From positions 2,718 to 66,717 of the forward strand of contig JANOFO010000009.1 of the NCBI GenBank assembly GCA_031413715.1: a DNA stretch of 64,000 bases. Direction: 5' to 3'. Below are positions 28,722-38,270 of this stretch, piece after piece. Source of the DNA: Minisyncoccota bacterium. GTDB lineage: Bacteria > Patescibacteriota > Minisyncoccia > Phycocordibacterales > UBA9973. The translations under genes were made by a program, and so were the position numbers. Positions within the stretch are counted from its first letter, which is position 1. Each line of letters begins with the position of its first letter. The notes beneath the pieces are model-generated. The model worked only from the letters and a program-made list of their open reading frames with translations. It was not told where the DNA came from and did no database searches.

Positions 28722-31700
28722 ATGTATTCATTCGAAAAAACAAACAGAAAATTAAGAAACAAATCAAATACTGCGCTCGCAGTTTTATTGGTTGCTCTGT
28801 CACTTTTTCAGTTTCCATTCATCGGTAGAGCGGCATTTAACAAACAAATAAATTATCAAGGCAAGCTCACCAACGCGTCTGGAGTTGCAGTTGCAAATGG
28901 GGACTACAATATGGAATTCAAGTTAATGACAGTCTCAAGCGGTGGTGACACTACGCAAGGTTCGTGTACTACTAGTTGTGCATGGATGGAAACAAGAACT
29001 GGCGGAAGCAAGGTAACTGTGACGAACGGCCTCTTTAGTGTTCTCCTTGGTGAAGTTACTTCACTCTCTGGAGTTGATTTTAACCAGACCTTATATTTGT
29101 CAGTTCAGATCGGCAATACAGGAAGTCCATCATGGGATGGAGAAATGACTCCACGAAAAAAATTGGGAGCAGTTCCTGCAGCAGTTGAATCAGAGCGAGT
29201 CGGAGGATTTACTCCAGCCCAATCTGCAACAGGCAATCAAGTTCCGGTGCTTACATCTGGAAATTTAATTCTTGGCGGAACAAATCCAACATTCGGCGGA
29301 ACGGGATCAAATACATTGACGCTTCATAATGGCGCAACAGGAGATATTCAATTTTTCGGTTCATCAAATAAGATTACTTCCGGAGGCGCGCTTACAGTTA
29401 CGGGTGTTGTAAATGCTGCAGGATTGACTTCTTCTGGAGCAATTACATTTTCATCACTTGGCACCGGTATTGCTCATCTATCTTCGGGGGGCGTGCTCTC
29501 ATCGTCAGCTATTGATCTGGCAACTGCTGATGTCACGGGAATTTTGACAACAGCAAAAGGTGGAACAGGCATTGGAACACTTGCCTCCAATGCAGTACTC
29601 TATGGTAATGGTACCGGAGCCATTCAAGCCTTGGCTGTAAACTCAGGTGCAACCCTGTGTCTTACTCAAGCAAGTAGTGGTGCACCGGCATGGGGATCAT
29701 GTGGTGCAGGAGGCTCTACCAACTGGGATACCATAGGTGATGCAGGAGGGAATGGCGCCATTGCTATGGGTACCACGGAGCAGACTATGGATTGGGATTT
29801 CACTACGACTGATCACGATGGACTTACCTTTAATTTTGATAACAATGGAGGAACAGCAGGGACCGACCATGGAATTGTTATCAATAACGCACTCTCAACA
29901 AATGCATCTGGAGATCTTGATACAGAAAATTTATTACTGATTCAACAACTCGATACGACTGCTTCTGGCGTAACTGATATTGATAATCTTCTTAAGATAG
30001 ATATCGCAGCAAACTCAGGTGCAACTGATGGCATCGAAATTACAAATTCTGGAGGAAACATCACTGGCAGTGGACTTAATATTGTCGACACAGGAGGCGG
30101 TACCTTTACAACAGGCATCACGCTTGCGGGAACGTTTACTACTGGAATAGATATGGGAGCGAGTACATTAATTAATATTGGAAACGCTGCCACTGATTTT
30201 AATTCGAGCGGTGGACTAACACTTGCGAGTGACCTCGTACTCAATGCCCAAGCAGATGTCCGGTTTGCAGATGCGGATAGTTCTCATTATGTTGGATTCC
30301 AAGCACCATCAAGTATCAGTTCGAGCTTTACATGGACACTGCCATCTACTGACGCAACAGGGTGTCTAAAATCGAATGGTTCAGGAACACTTTCTTTTGA
30401 TGGTGCCTGTGGAGAAACTGACTATGAAACATTTACAGGAAATGGAACTTTTACTAAAAAATCAAATGCCCTTTTAGTTGTTGTCGAAGCATGGGGTCCT
30501 GGTGGTGGCGGTGCAGGAGGAGGTAGTGTTGCTGCTGGTACCGCTACTACAGGTGGTGGAGGTGGTGGAGGAGGCGCATATACAACTCGATCGATTGCTG
30601 CAGGATCTGTCGGAGCGACTGAAACGGTGACCGTTCCTGCTGGCGGTACGGCTGGAACCGGTGGTACAAATGCTGTCGGTACAGATGGTTCTGCTCCGAC
30701 AGCTGATACAAGTTTTGGATCACTCCTCATTGCATATAGAGGAGGAGGTTCTGGAAATGGAAACAACTCTGCTACTGGCGGCGGAGGCGGCGGAGGCGGC
30801 GGATCAGCAGGTGCAGGAACAAGCTCGACGAACCAAACAGGAGGAGCTGGTGGTACATGTGCTGGTGGTGTAACCGTTGGTGCTGGAGCAAACGCTTTTG
30901 GTAGCTGTGGCGGCGGCGGAGGAACAACAACTTCAGGTAATGCGAATGAAGGAGGAGGCGGTGGTGGAGGACTTGCTGCCGGAGGAACTGCAGGACGATC
31001 GGGAGGTACATCCCTCAAGGGAGGCGGCGGAGGCGGTGGAGGAGCAAGTCTTGCAGCAACTCATGCTTCGACTGCCGGAGGTCCAGGAGGTGCAAGTGGT
31101 GCTGCGATGCAGGCAGCAGGAACCGGCGGAGGTGTTGCCGGAGGTGCTGCTGGAACAAATAATGGAACTGCCGGCCAAGATGCAACTTCTTCAACTGGTT
31201 CGCAGATTGGAGGTGGTGGAGGAGGCGGTGGAGGAGGCAGTCAGGCTACAGCTGGATCAAACGGCGGAGCCGGGGCAGTCGGAGGTATTCCTGGAGGAGG
31301 TGGTGGAGGAGGCGGAGCAGGAACGCATAACGGTTCGACAGGAAGTGGCGGAGCCGGAGGAGCCGGCGCACGTGGAGAAATTCGTGTTTGGACCTATCGT
31401 GGCACAGGAGCCGATTTGGCGGAAGTTTACGGAACAAATGACTCAACCCTTGAAGCCGGAGATGTCGTATCTCTTGATCATGACATGCAAGCGGGAGTTA
31501 AAAAAAGCAGCAAAGCATATGATGCTGAGGTAATGGGTATTGTTTCAACAAAACCTGGCATGATTATCGGTAATATTGAAGATGCTGGCGCCATTCCAGT
31601 CCTTCTCGCACTCTCTGGTCGTGTTCCCGTAAAAGTAAATATGGAAAATGGCGCGATTAAAAAAGGCGACCTCCTTACCCCTTCATCCATTCCTGGTGTT

Positions 31701-32990
31701 GCAATGCGAGCGACAAAAGCAGGTAGTATTATCGGACAGTCAATGACAGAGTATATTGACCCTGATGCGCCAGGGTATGTGGTAGTTTTTATTAAGAATA
31801 GTCATACGACGGGAGCAAAACTTTCTGATCTTTTTGCAGGAGAACTTGAGATGATAGGAGGGGAGATAGATAAAGGAGTGGAATTAAATCCATCAGAATT
31901 AATAAAAGGAACCAAAACGCTCCAACAGCGTGCACTTGCTTATTTTAATACTAATAAATTGACTCTCTCAGAGTCTCTCAATCTTTCGGAAGTGACTGCC
32001 GATAGAGTTACTGCAGGACTTGAAATTATAACGCCGACACTCTTTGTAGGAACTGTTTCAACCGATTCTATAACTCCTCTAAATGGAACTTCTCTTGATA
32101 TACTGCTTTCGAATGAAGGTACATTCAACATTAAGAACCAATTGTTGACAGAAGGAGCCGGATCAGCCGAACCTATTGTCAGTATTGATAATTTAGGGAA
32201 CGCGACATTTGCGGGTAATCTAAAAGTAAAAAGTATCAAAGCAGATTCGATCGAAGGTCTCGATTCTTTACTCATGACTAATGCCCATTTAGCCTGGGAT
32301 TCTTTCACAACAAAAACCCTGACTGTATCCGAGAACGCAATCTTTAGTGGAGAATCAAGGTTTGATGGCCTCACATTCTTTAGTATGGCTGCGAACTTTG
32401 ATTCCAGTGTGACATTTAATGCACAATCGGAATTTATTCTTCCACCACTCTTCAATAGTGATACAGCTGGCTTTGCTATAATAAAAAAGGGGAGTCGCAG
32501 AGTTCAAATAATTTTTGAGACGCCTTATATAGTTGAGCCTGTTGTAACCACATCGCTTGTATTTAGCACTGCGGATAAAGTGACTGATTCTGGAGCAGAT
32601 GAGATATTTACTGCAAGCGTTCAGTCTCTTGTCATCGATAGTGATCAAAATGGATTTACTATTTTTTTGAACAAAAACGCGCCACAAGATCTAAGATTCA
32701 CTTGGAATGCGCTTTCTGTCCGCGATCCGAAAATTTTTGAAAGTGTTATCGAAGGTCTCACCATTGAAAATTTACCACTAGACCTACTTCCGCCAGATCC
32801 TTTACCTGATCCAATTCCAGAACCCGACCCAGTCCCTGATCCAACTTCAAAAGAAGAAGATCCAGTTCTTGATCCTATTCCTGTGCTTGATCCAGAGCCT
32901 GTCCAACAAGAAGACCCAGCCCCGATACTTATAGAGATATCTGAGCCGGTAGTGGAAACAAAAGAGGAGCCCATTCCTATAGTTGAGTAA
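28722..32990 (+). CDS. Giant (1422 aa) secreted glycine-rich fibre-like surface protein with Pro/Asp-rich C-terminal tail
   Basis: Signal peptide. N-terminal YQGKLT... beta domains. About 300 aa of GGGGGGG/GAGG low-complexity repeats. C-terminal PDPLPDPIPEPDPVPDP. Confidence 0.75.
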   Translation: MYSFEKTNRKLRNKSNTALAVLLVALSLFQFPFIGRAAFNKQINYQGKLTNASGVAVANGDYNMEFKLMTVSSGGDTTQGSCTTSCAWMETRTGGSKVTVTNGLFSVLLGEVTSLSGVDFNQTLYLSVQIGNTGSPSWDGEMTPRKKLGAVPAAVESERVGGFTPAQSATGNQVPVLTSGNLILGGTNPTFGGTGSNTLTLHNGATGDIQFFGSSNKITSGGALTVTGVVNAAGLTSSGAITFSSLGTGIAHLSSGGVLSSSAIDLATADVTGILTTAKGGTGIGTLASNAVLYGNGTGAIQALAVNSGATLCLTQASSGAPAWGSCGAGGSTNWDTIGDAGGNGAIAMGTTEQTMDWDFTTTDHDGLTFNFDNNGGTAGTDHGIVINNALSTNASGDLDTENLLLIQQLDTTASGVTDIDNLLKIDIAANSGATDGIEITNSGGNITGSGLNIVDTGGGTFTTGITLAGTFTTGIDMGASTLINIGNAATDFNSSGGLTLASDLVLNAQADVRFADADSSHYVGFQAPSSISSSFTWTLPSTDATGCLKSNGSGTLSFDGACGETDYETFTGNGTFTKKSNALLVVVEAWGPGGGGAGGGSVAAGTATTGGGGGGGGAYTTRSIAAGSVGATETVTVPAGGTAGTGGTNAVGTDGSAPTADTSFGSLLIAYRGGGSGNGNNSATGGGGGGGGGSAGAGTSSTNQTGGAGGTCAGGVTVGAGANAFGSCGGGGGTTTSGNANEGGGGGGGLAAGGTAGRSGGTSLKGGGGGGGGASLAATHASTAGGPGGASGAAMQAAGTGGGVAGGAAGTNNGTAGQDATSSTGSQIGGGGGGGGGGSQATAGSNGGAGAVGGIPGGGGGGGGAGTHNGSTGSGGAGGAGARGEIRVWTYRGTGADLAEVYGTNDSTLEAGDVVSLDHDMQAGVKKSSKAYDAEVMGIVSTKPGMIIGNIEDAGAIPVLLALSGRVPVKVNMENGAIKKGDLLTPSSIPGVAMRATKAGSIIGQSMTEYIDPDAPGYVVVFIKNSHTTGAKLSDLFAGELEMIGGEIDKGVELNPSELIKGTKTLQQRALAYFNTNKLTLSESLNLSEVTADRVTAGLEIITPTLFVGTVSTDSITPLNGTSLDILLSNEGTFNIKNQLLTEGAGSAEPIVSIDNLGNATFAGNLKVKSIKADSIEGLDSLLMTNAHLAWDSFTTKTLTVSENAIFSGESRFDGLTFFSMAANFDSSVTFNAQSEFILPPLFNSDTAGFAIIKKGSRRVQIIFETPYIVEPVVTTSLVFSTADKVTDSGADEIFTASVQSLVIDSDQNGFTIFLNKNAPQDLRFTWNALSVRDPKIFESVIEGLTIENLPLDLLPPDPLPDPIPEPDPVPDPTSKEEDPVLDPIPVLDPEPVQQEDPAPILIEISEPVVETKEEPIPIVE

Positions 32991-33020
32991 GAATTGTAAA
33001 AATAGATTACTATATATAGT

Positions 33021-33998
33021 ATGAAAATAGGCTTAAAGACAACCGCCCTCTCACTCTTCTTTCTCCTTATAGGTTTTGGAGTTGGTTTTGTTTTGGATAA
33101 AGGTACTCACTCTCGATGTAGTGCTGAAAATTTTGAACATATTAATCCTGACTTGGTTTGTAAACTGGCACCAGTGGTCAGCAAACAAGGATACAGTAAA
33201 CTCAAAGCTGATTTAGAAAAGTTTATCTCGGATAAAAAACAAGAAGGAATTGTTAGCTCAGTATCAATTTATTTTCGTGATTTACATAATGGACCTACGC
33301 TTGGTATGAATGAGTATGAAAAATTTTCTCCGGCAAGCTTATTAAAGCTCCCGCTCTTCTTAACTTACCTTAATCTTTCAGAAAATAATCCTGCATTCTT
33401 AGAAACAAAAATAGGTTTCGAAGAAAAAAATCTTACTCAAAAGCAGTACTTTCCGTCTGCGAAAATTGCCCAGAACAATACTCCCTATACTATAAATACT
33501 CTGCTTGAATATATGATAGAGTATTCTGATAATAATTCGTACTATGCCTTAAATCAATACTTGAGACAGGTCTCTCCAAATACTGATTTATTGCGAGAGA
33601 CATTCCTGGATTTAGGTATCATTGATCCACAAAACTTTGCCGATCAGACGTTGTCTGTTAAGTCGTATGGATCTATTTTTGTCCAGCTTTATCACAGTTC
33701 TTTTTTTTCTAAAAAGGAACTGTCGGAACAAGCACTTTCCTTGCTTTCTAAATCAGATTTTAAAGAAGGGATAACTCTTGGTGTGCCTACTGAACTTGAA
33801 ATAGCTCATAAATTTGGCGAACGTTCTGACTTGCCAAATAATGAAAAACAGCTGCACGATTGCGGAATTGTGTATTACCCCAAGAATCCATATCTCCTAT
33901 GTGTGATGACACGGGGGACTGACTTTAAACAACTTTCCCATATAATAGGCGAGATATCGAAAATGACATATAAAGAATTCGATTCTCGAAAAATATAG
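33021..33998 (+). CDS. Class A beta-lactamase-like / penicillin-binding-fold serine hydrolase
   Basis: 325 aa. N-terminal TM/signal. SxxK (SLLK), SDN (YSDNNS) and K(T/S)G-like (KFG) motifs in the canonical order. Confidence 0.5.
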   Translation: MKIGLKTTALSLFFLLIGFGVGFVLDKGTHSRCSAENFEHINPDLVCKLAPVVSKQGYSKLKADLEKFISDKKQEGIVSSVSIYFRDLHNGPTLGMNEYEKFSPASLLKLPLFLTYLNLSENNPAFLETKIGFEEKNLTQKQYFPSAKIAQNNTPYTINTLLEYMIEYSDNNSYYALNQYLRQVSPNTDLLRETFLDLGIIDPQNFADQTLSVKSYGSIFVQLYHSSFFSKKELSEQALSLLSKSDFKEGITLGVPTELEIAHKFGERSDLPNNEKQLHDCGIVYYPKNPYLLCVMTRGTDFKQLSHIIGEISKMTYKEFDSRKI

Positions 33999-34011
33999 TA
34001 TAATTAAAAAT

Positions 34012-34737
34012 ATGGAAAGAACACAAGAAGGATTTATTGTACCTCTTATTATTATCATAATCGCAGGGCTTGGTGTCGGGGGAGGTGTTTATTATTCTAA
34101 AAAAGTTAAACAACAAAATCTAGAGAAAGGGGCTGCTGTACAAAAAGTTGATGCCACGATAGACTCTAGATTAGATGGAAAGATTGAAGCAAATTCAAAT
34201 CAAAAAATTTCTGATAATGGTAAATCGTCTGTCGATTTAAACGCAGGGAATTCTCTATCAGGAATTGTAAAGACCAATATGACGATGCAAGAATTGCTTT
34301 CTGTATATAAAGGAAAAACTTTAGAATGCATTTCAAACTTTGCAGATCCGTCATCTGGAATGACAAATAGTGGCACAACCTATATTCATGGAAATCTTAT
34401 TCGTTCTGATAATACTATGATGTACAAAGGTGCTGTAACTAAAAGTAGTATGATCATTAAAGATGGAAATGAGATATATTCTTGGACTGGGAGTCAAGGA
34501 ACGAAAATGTCTATCAATGCTTCATTTGATATAAATACTGCGCTCAGCATGAGTGCCGGTGTCAAAAATTCCTCAAACCAAAAATCAGAATATTCATGTA
34601 CTCCTTGGATAGCTGATGCAAGTAAATTTGTACCACCAGCTTCTGTTAAATTTACTGATTACGGTACAATCTCAATCCCATCAGTTTCTCCCGAAATGAT
34701 GAAGCAGATGATAGAAGCACAGGCAGGTACTAGATAA
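34012..34737 (+). CDS. Hypothetical N-terminally anchored extracytoplasmic protein
   Basis: 241 aa. One N-terminal TM, S/N/G-rich. Confidence 0.5.
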   Translation: MERTQEGFIVPLIIIIIAGLGVGGGVYYSKKVKQQNLEKGAAVQKVDATIDSRLDGKIEANSNQKISDNGKSSVDLNAGNSLSGIVKTNMTMQELLSVYKGKTLECISNFADPSSGMTNSGTTYIHGNLIRSDNTMMYKGAVTKSSMIIKDGNEIYSWTGSQGTKMSINASFDINTALSMSAGVKNSSNQKSEYSCTPWIADASKFVPPASVKFTDYGTISIPSVSPEMMKQMIEAQAGTR

Positions 34738-34999
34738 AAAAGATATATAGGGAATTAGGTTCTCTCGAAAGCAGGGTCTTTTTCTATAATATTGTTTGAC
34801 AAAAAAGCAGGGGTAGTATATGATAGAACCCTAGTGAAATCGATTGAGTTATGGCAGATCAATCACTATTTTTAAGTTAAGACAAGCTCGCTCTGTGTCA
34901 AAACTACATTCTGCCAATTTTAATAGATAGTTCTAAATAATACGGTTTGGTCGCCGTTATTTTTTGCGTTTCGTCGGCAGGCGAATAAATTTTATTAAT

Positions 35000-37900
35000 A
35001 TGAAAAAAACAGCACAAATAGAAAAGAAGTATTTCGCGCGCTATAAAAAGCCACTCGTTCCGTTCCCAAATCTTATTCAAGATCAGCTGGCATCATTCAA
35101 CTGGTTGATCGAGAGTGGACTCAAAGAAGTCTTCAAAGAATTTTCCCCGATAAATGATTATTCTGAGAAAAAATTCCAGCTCGACTTTACATCTTTTGTG
35201 CTTGGTGAACCAAAGTTCGATGAAGAGTACACAAAGATAAATAAACTGACATACGAAGGTCAGCTAAAAGCTCGCGTCAAACTTCTAAATAAAAGCATTG
35301 GAACTTCTAAAGAACAGGAAATTTTCCTAGCTGATGTGCCACTGATGACCAAGCATGGCACTTTCATCATAAACGGCGTAGAGCGAGTTATCGTAGGACA
35401 GCTTACACGTAGTTTCGGAGTATTTTTTACCGAGCAGGAATTAAAAGGCAAGCGTTACTTCGGCGCAAAGATTATACCTTCTCGTGGTGTGTGGATTGAA
35501 GTTGAGTCTGATCCCGATGGTGCTATATATGTCCGTATCGACAAAAAGCGCAAGTTCTCCATTGCTTCTCTTCTTCGCGTTCTTGGCCTTGATACAGATG
35601 AGACTCTTACAAAAACTTTTGGCAAGGATATGAGTGAAGAATTGTCAAAAGCCCTTAAAATATCGCTTGAAAAAGACCCAGCCAAGACCCTATCGGACTC
35701 ATATATAGAGATCTACAAGCGTCTACGCGATGGCGATCTTGCAACTCCTGATAATGCCCGTGAATTTATTAACATGCTTCTTTCAAATGAGCGTTATGAC
35801 CTTTCTCCTGTCGGTCGCTTTCGATTCAACAAGCGTTTCGGTAAGAGTATGGATGATAAAGAAATGGAGCGCCGTACAATCTCTGCCGATGATGTTGTGT
35901 CTATATTTAAAAATATTGTCGAGCTCAATAATACGCTTCATGCTAAAGCAGACGATATAGATCACTTGGGCCAGCGTCGAGTACGCTATGTGGGTGAAAT
36001 GCTTCAGCAGAAGTTCCGCATGGGCATGGCTCAAATAAAAAGAAATGTTCAAGATCGCATGTCGACAATCGATGTTGGCACTAGTCTTCCGATTGCTATC
36101 ATCAACCAGCGTCCGCTCCAAGCTCGCATCAAGGAGTTTTTTACCGCAAACCAGCTTTCTCAATTCATGAACCAAGAAAATGTCATGGCTGAAGTTGAGC
36201 ATTTGAGAATCCTCTCTGCGCTTGGTCCCGGAGGTCTTACTCGTGAGCGTGCAGGTCTTGAAGTCCGCGATGTGCATACATCCCACTATGGAAGAGTATG
36301 TCCGATCCACACACCTGAAGGTCCGAACATCGGTCTTATCCTCCACCTCTCTACATATGCCAAGATCAATGAGTTCGGTATTATCGAGACACCATATATA
36401 AAAGTAAAGAATGGAAAAATAACTGGCGAAGTTGTGTACCTAAACGCGCTCGAAGAAGAGAAGTTTAATATTGCCCACGCTGGTATCGATTACGACGAAA
36501 AGGGAAATATCATGGAAGATCGAGTTGAAGCTCGTCTTTCAACAAAGCCTGGCATGATATCCCGAGACAAAATTGACTATATAGACGTAGCTACGAACCA
36601 AGCGTTCTCAGTGGCGACTTCTATGATTCCATTCCTCGAACACGATGACGCTCACCGAACACTCATGGGAAGTAACATGCAGAAACAAGCCCTCCCTTGT
36701 ATTATTCCTGAAGCACCACTTGTGGCTACAGGTATGGAAGAGCTTGCATCTCGCGACTCTGGCAGACTCGTCGTATCCGAAGTCTCAGGTACTGTTTCAT
36801 ATGTAGACGCAAAGAAAATCAACATTAAAGATGACAAAGGCAAGGAGCATGTCTACCCGCTAATTAGCTTTTCACGTACAAACAACTTCTCAGTTCTTCA
36901 TCAGCGTCCAAGTGTTTCTATGGGCGACCATGTAAAGAAAGGACAAGTTCTCGCTGATACTAGTACAACTGACCGCGGCCAAATCGCCCTCGGACAGAAT
37001 GCTCTAGTGGCCTTTATGTCATGGGGCGGCGCTAACTACGAAGATGCGATAATTCTCTCAGAAAAGCTTGTAAAACAAAGTAAATTCACAAGTATCTATG
37101 TCACAGAATTTATCTGTAACGTCCGTGATACTAAGCTTGGTCCAGAAATAACTACTCGCGATATTCCGAACGTCGGCGAAAACAAACTCAAAGATTTGGA
37201 TGAAGACGGTATTATCGTTATCGGCGCTGAAGTTCGCGAAAATGATATCCTTGTTGGTAAGATTACTCCCAAAGGTGAGACCGAACTTACTCCCGAAGAA
37301 CGCCTACTCCGATCAATCTTCACTGAAAAAGCTCGTGATGTGAAGGACACATCACTACGTCTTGAACATGGAAAGAAAGGAAGAGTAACAGGAGTCAAAA
37401 TTTTCTCACGTGATCAAGGGCACAATCTTGAGTCAGGTATCATAAAAAGAATTGTAGTAGAAATCGCTCAGATTCGTAACATCTCAGTCGGTGACAAACT
37501 TGCTGGTCGCCACGGTAATAAGGGAGTCATCTCTGTTATCCTTCCGGAAGAAGAAATGCCATTTATGCAAGATGGTACTCCGATCGATATCATTCTCACG
37601 CCGCTAGGTGTCCCATCTCGTATGAACTTAGGTCAGATTCTTGAAATGCATCTAGGATATGCTGCTCATACACTTAATTACCAAGCGATCGTCCCTCCGT
37701 TCTCTTCTGCAACCGTGCCCGAAATTAAAGCCGAGCTCGTTCTCGCTGGTCTACCTGAAAGTGGTAAAGTCACACTCTATGATGGCCGTACTGGAGATGC
37801 ATTTGATCAGGATATCGCTATAGGTTACATGTATATGCTCAAGCTACATCACATGGTGGAAGACAAGCTGCACATGCGCTCCATTGGTCCGTACTCTCTT

Positions 37901-38176
37901 ATTACTCAGCAACCACTTGGAGGTAAAGCTCAAGGTGGAGGACAGAGATTTGGAGAAATGGAGGTCTGGGCGCTCGAAGGTCATGGTGCAGCATATGCGC
38001 TTCGTGAAATGCTTACGATTAAGTCTGATGATATCATGGGTCGCTCACAGACATTCGACGCTATTATCAAAGGTAACCCGATCGGAGAGCCGAATATTCC
38101 TGCATCGTTTAATGTACTTCTCAACTATCTCCGCGGGCTTTCTCTTGATGTTGATCTTAAAAAAAGTGAGGAATAA
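35000..38176 (+). CDS. rpoB: DNA-directed RNA polymerase subunit beta
   Basis: RpoB signatures throughout. The ORF is open from 34964; the ATG at 35000 (MKKTAQIEKKYF) is the more likely start. Confidence 0.95.
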   Translation: MKKTAQIEKKYFARYKKPLVPFPNLIQDQLASFNWLIESGLKEVFKEFSPINDYSEKKFQLDFTSFVLGEPKFDEEYTKINKLTYEGQLKARVKLLNKSIGTSKEQEIFLADVPLMTKHGTFIINGVERVIVGQLTRSFGVFFTEQELKGKRYFGAKIIPSRGVWIEVESDPDGAIYVRIDKKRKFSIASLLRVLGLDTDETLTKTFGKDMSEELSKALKISLEKDPAKTLSDSYIEIYKRLRDGDLATPDNAREFINMLLSNERYDLSPVGRFRFNKRFGKSMDDKEMERRTISADDVVSIFKNIVELNNTLHAKADDIDHLGQRRVRYVGEMLQQKFRMGMAQIKRNVQDRMSTIDVGTSLPIAIINQRPLQARIKEFFTANQLSQFMNQENVMAEVEHLRILSALGPGGLTRERAGLEVRDVHTSHYGRVCPIHTPEGPNIGLILHLSTYAKINEFGIIETPYIKVKNGKITGEVVYLNALEEEKFNIAHAGIDYDEKGNIMEDRVEARLSTKPGMISRDKIDYIDVATNQAFSVATSMIPFLEHDDAHRTLMGSNMQKQALPCIIPEAPLVATGMEELASRDSGRLVVSEVSGTVSYVDAKKINIKDDKGKEHVYPLISFSRTNNFSVLHQRPSVSMGDHVKKGQVLADTSTTDRGQIALGQNALVAFMSWGGANYEDAIILSEKLVKQSKFTSIYVTEFICNVRDTKLGPEITTRDIPNVGENKLKDLDEDGIIVIGAEVRENDILVGKITPKGETELTPEERLLRSIFTEKARDVKDTSLRLEHGKKGRVTGVKIFSRDQGHNLESGIIKRIVVEIAQIRNISVGDKLAGRHGNKGVISVILPEEEMPFMQDGTPIDIILTPLGVPSRMNLGQILEMHLGYAAHTLNYQAIVPPFSSATVPEIKAELVLAGLPESGKVTLYDGRTGDAFDQDIAIGYMYMLKLHHMVEDKLHMRSIGPYSLITQQPLGGKAQGGGQRFGEMEVWALEGHGAAYALREMLTIKSDDIMGRSQTFDAIIKGNPIGEPNIPASFNVLLNYLRGLSLDVDLKKSEE

Positions 38177-38270
38177 TTATTAATAAGCGAATAGCGAATA
38201 GAATAAAGGGAATAGACAGAAGAATTGAATTTCCACTATACCCTTATAACTATCCGCTCTACCCTAATAT

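Noticed and set aside
30422-31018. 198-aa proline-rich ORF on the minus strand
   Set aside because: It is exactly antisense to the GGN-rich (poly-Gly) segment of the 28722-32990 gene; CCN codons are the complement of GGN. It is a compositional artefact with no independent signals.
35783-36346. 187-aa minus-strand ORF inside rpoB, and other internal antisense ORFs (38346..38870, 40701..41308)
   Set aside because: They are antisense to the highly conserved rpoB/rpoC coding sequence and are spurious.
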